Below are positions 17,609 to 23,704 of a stretch of 39,898 bases of DNA, piece after piece. The stretch comes from a virus (lineage: Duplodnaviria > Caudoviricetes). Numbering within the stretch: position 1 is the first letter of the stretch; each line of letters starts with the position of its first letter. Under the pieces are notes generated by a model. The model saw only the letters and a program-made list of their open reading frames with translations, did no database searches and was not told where the DNA came from. The translations under genes were made by a program, and so were the position numbers. The stretch is taken from the IMG/VR virus record IMGVR_UViG_3300027804_000105, positions 1 to 39,898 of that record; one strand, given 5' to 3'.

Positions 17609-17795
17609 TGCGCCGTCCGCCATACCCCCTGACGTGGCCCGTAAGATCATTGCGGCCCGTGATGCTATCGCCAACGAAGACACGTCCGAAGCGTGGCATC
17701 AGCTCTATTCCATCGCCGATCCATCGTTTGAGAGCGTGACCCCGTGGGCGATTCTCGAAGCGAAGTCCAACGTCAAAGATGAGCCACGCCCCTAA
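17493..17795 (+). CDS. Cassette protein, hypothetical
   Basis: ATG lies in the attC F arm (MSHAPEYNC...); ends ...KSNVKDEPRP* in attC G. Confidence 0.65.
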   Translation: MSHAPEYNCPPVCGECRRAHRGPCQPDQPGALALGTGWTAPSAIPPDVARKIIAARDAIANEDTSEAWHQLYSIADPSFESVTPWAILEAKSNVKDEPRP

Positions 17796-17868
17796 AATGG
17801 ACACGAATACCACTGACTCTCCGAAAACTCAGGGCAACCCTAGCGTTGGCTCTGGCGCCTTGTTCGGC
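17765..17868 (-). repeat. attC site G
   Basis: GTCCAACGTCAAAGATGAGCCACGC...GCGTTGGCTCTGGCGCCTTGTTCGGC. Confidence 0.85.
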
Positions 17869-18133
17869 GGCTTGGATGCCTCGTCGGCCTCTGTGGCGGC
17901 GTATGCCGTGACGGTGCGTGGCGCTGCTCAACCTGCGGAAAAACTCTCAATTACCATGACGACAAACCCTGACGGGAAACCCTATATCCACAACGCCGAG
18001 CAATCGGAGGCCGCGAAGTCATCGTCGCGCTTTCGCTGGAAAAGCGCGGCCTTGGCCGGTTCGTCTCTGAGCGCGCCGAGTATCGCCTCCCCGGCGACCG
18101 CCGCATCGTCCACCATGGTGGACACTTCTACAC

Positions 18134-18355
18134 ATGAGAGCATACCACACCACAGAAAGCCTCGGCATCAAAGCCCTTGAGCGCCCCGCCTATGAGCGCG
18201 GCGACTTCCCGCGCTACCTTGTCACTGTGGACGGCAAGACCGAGACCGTCAAAACGCCCCGCGCCCTTCAAAAGCTACTAGGCTCGATCTACTCCGAACG
18301 ACCGGAGGTGTTCGTGAACGCTGGCAACGGAATCAGCATAAACTTTGACCAATGA
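18134..18355 (+). CDS. Hypothetical protein
   Basis: 73 aa, ATGA-coupled to the next gene. Confidence 0.6.
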   Translation: MRAYHTTESLGIKALERPAYERGDFPRYLVTVDGKTETVKTPRALQKLLGSIYSERPEVFVNAGNGISINFDQ

Positions 18356-18639
18356 CCAACGCCGACCTCGAAACCATACGCCGCGCCATCTCCGAGGTGT
18401 GCGCGGCCTACGATGAACCGGACAGCCCCGAGGCTCTATCCTGCGCGTTCTATCAACTGCGCCGTGTGCGCGACTACGTGCTCCCGCGCTGCGCTCCGAC
18501 CGGGCGCAAAGGCGGGCTGTCCAAGTCGCCCGCGTTGCAGGCTGCGCGGCGTGCCAATGGTGCGAAATCCAAAGGACGCCCCCGCAAGCCGGTTGACGCG
18601 GCACGCAATGGCCCTAGGATCGCGTTTAGACCAATTTGA
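18352..18639 (+). CDS. Basic putative DNA-binding protein
   Basis: C-terminal GRKGG..KS....AARRANG....GRPRK motif, frequent in phage proteins. Confidence 0.6.
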   Translation: MTNADLETIRRAISEVCAAYDEPDSPEALSCAFYQLRRVRDYVLPRCAPTGRKGGLSKSPALQAARRANGAKSKGRPRKPVDAARNGPRIAFRPI

Positions 18640-18823
18640 GGTGGTCGTTGATGGGAAGACAGGGGTTGCTCGTGGACCCCGTAGAATTGGACGGCATTTG
18701 CGTCCCGATTGGTCTTCGGGGTGGGCTTCGGAGTAGGAGGCTGGCTCAAAGTGGCTAGAATTTGAAGGAAAGTGCCATTTTGGGCTTGCAAACATGGGTG
18801 ATAGTATTCATTCCTTCAATCAA

Positions 18824-18926
18824 GCGGTATCGGAGCCGCGCAACAACCCATTTCGGTAGGCTTAATTGCCCCGACCGATGGCCCAGTGGCGTGAAACTCC
18901 GATCTCCCCACTGGGCCTTTTCTTTT
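18824..18926 (+). ncRNA. Candidate three-hairpin regulatory RNA ending in a terminator
   Basis: Three stems; ATCGGAG (18829-18835) is complementary to CTCCGAT (18897-18903) in the loop of the last stem GGCCCAGTGG/CCACTGGGCC, followed by a T-tract. Confidence 0.5.
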
Positions 18927-19262
18927 GGCCCACGCAGAACCCAAGGCTGCGTTAAGCTACAGAGCACTTGGGGGCTTTAAGCGGCTTAACAGTCAGCAGA
19001 GCTAGATTGAACCACAAATCCTAGAGTCCCTTTCACGGAGTTTCAGGCGTCTAGGTCAGGATACGAGGCGACAGCAGACGGCATACAGCGACGGGTTCAA
19101 TCGAAAGCAAGGAGAGGTCCTCTTTGCGAATCAGCTCTCGGCAAATCGAAGTTTTCCTTAGCTTTCCGGCTCAGGAAACTCCGCTATGCACCGGCACCAG
19201 CGACGGTAAGGCGGAGGGAGTGATAGGGAGTGTTAATAAATCAATGTTAAAGGCGAACAACT

Positions 19263-19829
19263 ATGAGTAGAATGAGCGAATCGGAGGCTTACAAGTTAGC
19301 CAAGGAGCTTTTTAGCTACGATCCCGAAACTGGGATTATTACTCGCATTGCAGCTCCCGTAAAGAGCAACGGCAGTAGGGATAACCGAGGGGTTGGCAAG
19401 CCAACTGGATCGCTCAGTTCGCAAGGGTATCTACAGACCTGCATTTTTAGAAAAAGGTTTTCCAACCACCGGCTCGCATGGTTGCTACAAACCGGTGCGT
19501 GGCCTAAACAAGAAATTGATCATATCAACGGGGTCAAGACCGACAACCGTTGGTGCAATCTTCGGGACGTAAGTCGGATTGAAAACATGGCCAATCGGCA
19601 TAAGAAATGGGGAAAGAATAAGGGCCTTCCCATTGGGATTACTGAACAAGTCCATAAGGGTGGGTATCGTTATTTTCTGGTGACTCATGCTCGAAACCAC
19701 GTTTGTAGGGCATCTACTCGCTCTACCCTTGACGAAGCAATAGAACTGCTGCAAGCATTCCGCGACGAACTCAGATCACTTTCTGCCACAACGGCGGATT
19801 ATCAAAACAACCAACAAGTCAGCAACTAA
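19263..19829 (+). CDS. HNH (homing-type) endonuclease
   Basis: YDPETG, HRLAW and EIDHINGVKTDNRWCNLR motifs; lower GC. Confidence 0.9.
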   Translation: MSRMSESEAYKLAKELFSYDPETGIITRIAAPVKSNGSRDNRGVGKPTGSLSSQGYLQTCIFRKRFSNHRLAWLLQTGAWPKQEIDHINGVKTDNRWCNLRDVSRIENMANRHKKWGKNKGLPIGITEQVHKGGYRYFLVTHARNHVCRASTRSTLDEAIELLQAFRDELRSLSATTADYQNNQQVSN

Positions 19830-19841
19830 CCAATACCAACT

Positions 19842-20426
19842 ATGTGTTCACTCATTTTGACCGAAACCAAGAAGAAGTCCGATCCTACGCCCAGGGGCCT
19901 GCATCAAGTGGTCTGCTACGGCGTCATTGACATCGGCACGCAGAAGTCGGCCAATCCGGCCCATCCCGACAAGCGGAAGGTGCTTCTGCTGTTCGAGCTG
20001 CCCCACGAAACCAAGGTGTTTGACGGCAAAGAGGAGCGTCGGGTTATGTCCCGCTCGCTGGCAATTTCAATGAACGAAAAGGCCACCCTGTTCAAGTTCC
20101 TGTCCGGTTGGCTGGGGGAGAAGCCCAAGACCGGCTTTGACCTCCGCAGCCTGATTGGGAAGAACGGACAGGCCAACGTGGTTCATAGCCCCAGCAAGTC
20201 CGACCCCAGCACCATCTACGCCAACCTGGACTCGGTGGTTGCGCTTGCCAAGGGTATGCAGGCCGTTGCGCCCAGCCGCGAAACCATCACCTTCACCATC
20301 CCGCCCGGCGGCCCCATCGACATCCCGAGCTACATGCCTGAGTGGATTGCCGATAAGATTCAGGAAAGCGCCGAGTTCAAGGCGCGGGTTGGGGCGGCGG
20401 CGGCGGTGAAGATGGGCGGGGAATAA
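19842..20426 (+). CDS. Phage replication/SSB-like protein (resembles NGO0469 family)
   Basis: H..VCYGVIDIGTQ, FELP, SMNEKATL and MPEWIADKI.ES.E motifs. Confidence 0.6.
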   Translation: MCSLILTETKKKSDPTPRGLHQVVCYGVIDIGTQKSANPAHPDKRKVLLLFELPHETKVFDGKEERRVMSRSLAISMNEKATLFKFLSGWLGEKPKTGFDLRSLIGKNGQANVVHSPSKSDPSTIYANLDSVVALAKGMQAVAPSRETITFTIPPGGPIDIPSYMPEWIADKIQESAEFKARVGAAAAVKMGGE

Positions 20427-20641
20427 AAGCGAACACTGACAGTTGAGGGGTGTCCCCTTCAAAAGCACAACACGGGGTCCGGGTTGAAGTCCCGGCAGGC
20501 GCCCAGCGCCGAGCTAATGCAGCACCCCGTTTCAATTTTGACATTTCCCTCCCGGCCGAAGCCTTACGCTTGACGTAGGATAGGAGACCGGCTCCGTAGG
20601 CACGGGCGGGACTAAACCAGCAAACACAGAAAGACAAACCT

Positions 20642-20953
20642 ATGATAAGCAACACGGCGGCAAAATGCCTCAACGAATCCCCGCATGAATCATTCATGCG
20701 CTGGTTCGAGACCAAAATGACCGAGCTTGAGAAGAACAACTTCTTGGTTATGCCCAAGCAAAAAACGTCTCAAGCGGTGGGCTTTGCGAAAACGGAAAGG
20801 CCGCGCACGCCGGCTACGATGGCAAAACTCGCCAAGGCCGAAGAGATTGTTGCGGCCAACCCCAACATCAGCCGCAAACGGCTTAGTAAGCTCACGGGGG
20901 TATGCGACAAGGTTCTCCGTGCCAAGTTCGGTAAAGCCGCCTATTTCCGATGA
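20642..20953 (+). CDS. Putative DNA-binding protein (C-terminal HTH)
   Basis: NPNISRKRLSKLTGVCDKVLR. Confidence 0.55.
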   Translation: MISNTAAKCLNESPHESFMRWFETKMTELEKNNFLVMPKQKTSQAVGFAKTERPRTPATMAKLAKAEEIVAANPNISRKRLSKLTGVCDKVLRAKFGKAAYFR

Positions 20954-21135
20954 ACGAGTATCTCAACGAATCTATCCGGCTGCGTAGCGAGCTGATCGCC
21001 AGCAATGCCCTTCTGCGCGACGCCGAGGCAATCATTGCCGACTTCATGCGCTATTTTCCCGGCCCCGAGTGCCAAGAGCAGGAATCGGTTTGCGACGATG
21101 CCAGGGCTTTCCTGAAGGCTCTCAATGAACGCTGA
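20950..21135 (+). CDS. Hypothetical protein
   Basis: 61 aa, ATGA-coupled. Confidence 0.55.
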   Translation: MNEYLNESIRLRSELIASNALLRDAEAIIADFMRYFPGPECQEQESVCDDARAFLKALNER

Positions 21136-21412
21136 AACAAACAAAGGTGCTTGGACGAAATGGTCCGACGCCAACCACGCTGCTGTCGAAGCAGCGGAAG
21201 CTCTGGCGCCTTGTTCGGCCCTTCGGTGGGCCGTCTTTCCGTGCGGATGGAAATGGGAAATTGCTAGTCTGACGCGCGAAAACGAAACCCCGGTCGCGCT
21301 TTTTGAGCACAAGCACCACGCAGAATCTTTCTGCCGCGAATGGTGGCCGGCCCTCGGCGAAGTGCGCCCTTTGCCGAACACCAAGAGCAGCCGCGGCACG
21401 GCGCAGCCGTGA
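21125..21412 (+). CDS. Cassette protein, hypothetical
   Basis: Reads through half site H (ALAPCSA); ends ...LPNTKSSRGTAQP* in attC I. Confidence 0.65.
   Translation: MNAETNKGAWTKWSDANHAAVEAAEALAPCSALRWAVFPCGWKWEIASLTRENETPVALFEHKHHAESFCREWWPALGEVRPLPNTKSSRGTAQP
21200..21219 (-). repeat. attC half site H
   Basis: GCTCTGGCGCCTTGTTCGGC, identical to the arms of A, D and G. Confidence 0.7.
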
Positions 21413-21437
21413 CGTTGGCTGTCTCGCTTTGTTAGGT
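21373..21437 (-). repeat. attC site I (65 bp, canonical)
   Basis: Minus strand reads ACCTAACAAAGCGAGACAGCCAACGTCACGGCTGCGCCGTGCCGCGGCTGCTCTTGGTGTTCGGC. Confidence 0.9.
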
Positions 21438-21460
21438 GCCTCTTTCTCCAACTCACGAAA

Positions 21461-21823
21461 ATGAAATTCACAGTCTCAAAACGCTTCTCCTTCGAGGCCG
21501 CTCACTCGCTGCCTCAACTCCCTGTCGGGCACAAGTGCCGCAACGTGCATGGCCACTCCTACGTCGTGGAAATCCACGTCGCCGGCCCGCTCGACTCGCG
21601 CGGCTTCGTGGTGGACTACGCCGATCTATCGCTGGCGATGGCCCCAATTATCGCGCGACTGGATCACCAGAATATCAACGATGTGCTCCCGTGCAGCACC
21701 ACCGCCGAAAACCTCGGCGCGTGGATCATGTCGCAGCTCGACAAACACTCAGGGCTGAAACCGCGCGTCTCGCGTGTGGATGTGTATGAGACGGCGAAAA
21801 CCTGCGTGCGCGTGGAAAGATGA
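21461..21823 (+). CDS. queD: 6-carboxytetrahydropterin synthase
   Basis: FEAAH, C..VHGHSY, LDH..IN, TAEN and YET motifs. Confidence 0.93.
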   Translation: MKFTVSKRFSFEAAHSLPQLPVGHKCRNVHGHSYVVEIHVAGPLDSRGFVVDYADLSLAMAPIIARLDHQNINDVLPCSTTAENLGAWIMSQLDKHSGLKPRVSRVDVYETAKTCVRVER

Positions 21824-22473
21824 TGATTCTCGCCGGACAATCCAATCCGCTCTGGCACTACGCCGCTGGCCGCTGGCCGGGTAAGGTGGGGCTACTGCTT
21901 GGACCTGCCTACTTTCGCAAGCAGGCAATCCGTCCGTGGCTGACCTACGTGCTCGACAACGACGCTTTCTCGGCTTGGAGCAACGGCACGGAATGGAATC
22001 ACGCCGCATGGACTGAGATGCTAAGGCGCGCGATGCTCAACAAGCACAAACCTGCGTGGGTGCTCGTGCCGGACGTTGTGGCGGATAAAGCGGCAACGCT
22101 TGCAAGCTGGGACCGGCACGCTCCCGAGGCCGCGAGCTACGGCTGGCCGCTCGCCTTCGCCGTGCAGGATGGAATGACACCGGACGACGTGCCGGAAAAC
22201 GCACAGGTGATCTTTGTCGGCGGCACAACCGAATGGAAATGGCGCAGCCTGCCGATGTGGTGTGCGAGATTTCGGCGGGTGCATGTGGGGCGCGTCAACA
22301 ACATCGAAAAAGTCTATCACTGCGAAGACATGGGCGTTGAGTCCGTGGACGGCACCGGATGGTTCAAAGACCCAACGCGCGAAGACAAACTTCCCGCCCT
22401 GCTTTCTTGGTTTGAAGGCGAGAGGCGCAACGAAAAACAAATGGCGTTGATTGAGGCACCTAACGTTAAATGA
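21820..22473 (+). CDS. Putative TGT/DpdA-like TIM-barrel protein
   Basis: LDNDAFS, VPDVV, AVQDG, FVGG..WK, HVGRVN and SVDGTG motifs; ATGA-coupled to queD; ends ...APNVK* in attC J. Confidence 0.6.
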   Translation: MMILAGQSNPLWHYAAGRWPGKVGLLLGPAYFRKQAIRPWLTYVLDNDAFSAWSNGTEWNHAAWTEMLRRAMLNKHKPAWVLVPDVVADKAATLASWDRHAPEAASYGWPLAFAVQDGMTPDDVPENAQVIFVGGTTEWKWRSLPMWCARFRRVHVGRVNNIEKVYHCEDMGVESVDGTGWFKDPTREDKLPALLSWFEGERRNEKQMALIEAPNVK

Positions 22474-22585
22474 TGAGCCACGGAGCGGGAAATGAAACAC
22501 CCGCCCGTAGCTCAAACTACCTATGAAAACACAGGAAACGAAACCGGAAATGACCGCTCCGTTGGACTCTGGCGATTTGTTGGGC
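22458..22585 (-). repeat. attC site J
   Basis: ACCTAAC...GAGCCACGGAGCGG / CCGCTCCGTTGGACTC...GTTGGGC. Confidence 0.85.
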
Positions 22586-22879
22586 GCGGCCAAGAATGCA
22601 ATCAAGGGGTGGGCCGAACTCACCGATACGACGCACCCGCGCGCCTTCGCTCGCATGAGCGCCGCGATTGAAAAACTCTGCGATGCAATTGAGGAGCACG
22701 AATCCGCCGAAGCCGGGCGTGTCGTGGACGCCATGACGCCCGAACAGGTGGATGCATACCTCGTGAGCATGGGCGTGAATCTCGACGAGATGCGTGCGCA
22801 CACCGAACAGATGCGGCAAAAACTGACCGCGCGCTTTTCTTCGCCCAACGTCGCGGATGACCGAGCCGCAACCAAGTAG
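22523..22879 (+). CDS. Cassette protein, hypothetical
   Basis: Starts MKTQETKPEM in the attC J loop; ends ...SPNVADDRAATK* in attC K. Confidence 0.7.
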   Translation: MKTQETKPEMTAPLDSGDLLGAAKNAIKGWAELTDTTHPRAFARMSAAIEKLCDAIEEHESAEAGRVVDAMTPEQVDAYLVSMGVNLDEMRAHTEQMRQKLTARFSSPNVADDRAATK

Positions 22880-22933
22880 GCCGCACTTCGCCCTGCGGCG
22901 AACGTGCGGCTTCGGTCTGGACGCTTGTTCGAA
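22843..22933 (-). repeat. attC site K
   Basis: GCCCAAC...GACCGAGCCGCA / TGCGGCTTCGGTC (extra T)...GTTCGAA. Confidence 0.85.
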
Positions 22934-22956
22934 AAGACCGAGCCAATGACTTCCAA

Positions 22957-23247
22957 ATGAAAACCAAAACTCAAATCTGTAAGCTCTGCGAGATATTCGG
23001 CGATGGCCCCTGCTCTCCGAAATGCCTAGAGGCTGCGCAGGAAAAGGTGGCGCGTGCGATCCACGCGGAACACAACGCGCATGAGGGGCTGGAAACTGCG
23101 TGGATCGAGCTACACCATTTCCAGCGGGAGAAATATCGCGGCAAAGCATACGCCGCCCTCGTGGCTCTGGGAGCGCCAAAGAAAAAGGCCACGCCGAGGC
23201 GGTCGAACGTCCCGGATCAGCAACGCGCAGGAGCGAAGGAGAAATAA
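22957..23247 (+). CDS. Cassette protein, Cys-rich N-terminus
   Basis: CKLC...CSPKC; ends ...RSNVPDQQRAGAKEK* in attC L. Confidence 0.65.
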   Translation: MKTKTQICKLCEIFGDGPCSPKCLEAAQEKVARAIHAEHNAHEGLETAWIELHHFQREKYRGKAYAALVALGAPKKKATPRRSNVPDQQRAGAKEK

Positions 23248-23459
23248 ACAATGCCCACGAAAAACACCATAGACGACGCCAGCCATCAAGAATGGTCCAA
23301 AGCCGGACAGATGCCGACCGAGCAACAGCGCCGCGACTGGTATGCAAAATCTGCGAAGATCGAAGGCGACGCCTGCGTGGGCGCTGGACTCCCGAGCGGA
23401 ATCGCGCCGTGCAAACCGCAGGCTCCGTCAGCGCGTTCGCTGTGGCCGGATGGTTCTCT
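23202..23459 (-). repeat. attC site L (very long loop)
   Basis: GTCGAACGTCCCGGATCAGCAACGCGC pairs with GCGCGTTCGCTGTGGCCGGATGGTTCTCT about 200 nt away. Confidence 0.7.
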
Positions 23460-23673
23460 TCCGGTCGTGGAAGCCGAAGCTCTGGAACGCAAATGGTCCG
23501 AAGACGTGCAATGGTGGCGAGACAGAGCGAAGTCCCAAATCGAAAAAGGACACCCACTACTCGCGGAACTATCGTCGCAGTCCGCAGACGTGCTATCGGG
23601 CTGTGCCGCGCAGCTTGGCCGACTGATAGCACAGTCGAAATCGCGCCAGCCGGAAGAGAACAAGGAGGTATGA
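23251..23673 (+). CDS. Cassette protein, hypothetical
   Basis: AAGGAG ribosome-binding site and ATG inside the attC L loop; ends ...PEENKEV*. Confidence 0.7.
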   Translation: MPTKNTIDDASHQEWSKAGQMPTEQQRRDWYAKSAKIEGDACVGAGLPSGIAPCKPQAPSARSLWPDGSLPVVEAEALERKWSEDVQWWRDRAKSQIEKGHPLLAELSSQSADVLSGCAAQLGRLIAQSKSRQPEENKEV

Positions 23674-23704
23674 CAACTTTCAAAGTTAAAAAACTAACTC
23701 ATTT

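Larger units (their letters stand above)
15813..17868 (-). mobile_element. attC cassette array 1 (integrase-less, CALIN-like); cassette ORFs on + strand
   Basis: Five complete attC-like sites (16081, 16627, 16910, 17479, 17765) and two half sites (15866, 16338) separating small ORFs. Confidence 0.85.
21200..23661 (-). mobile_element. attC cassette array 2 (integrase-less, CALIN-like); cassette ORFs on + strand
   Basis: Half site at 21200, complete sites at 21373, 22458, 22843 and 23202, terminal core at 23655. Confidence 0.85.

Noticed and set aside
18293-18299. TCCGAAC as the closing core of the cassette opened at attC G
   Set aside because: It is only 6/7 complementary, has no L box or stem, lies mid-gene and is out of the Asn frame.
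20479-20505. tRNA gene (T-arm-like CCGGG-TTGAAGT-CCCGG followed by …CCA)
   Set aside because: No matching 5' acceptor strand, D arm or anticodon arm, and the loop lacks TTC.
15813-22554. Diversity-generating retroelement TR/VR pair
   Set aside because: The 46-bp repeat is identical rather than A-mutated, lies at gene starts, and no reverse transcriptase is present.
15866-23459. CRISPR array interpretation of the recurring GGCTCTGGCGCCTTGTTCGGC / AACGTCAAAGATGAGCCACG motifs
   Set aside because: Spacing is hundreds of bp and gene-sized, and the motifs come as inverted arm pairs with attC grammar rather than direct repeats with 30-40 nt spacers.
21122-23683. Minus-strand ORFs in the cassette region (21122..21451, 22021..22974, 22517..23683) as canonical-orientation cassette genes
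   Set aside because: They span several cassettes, and their only recognisable peptides are attC translations (PNKARQPT, PNKSPES). The recognisable genes (queD, HTH) are on +.
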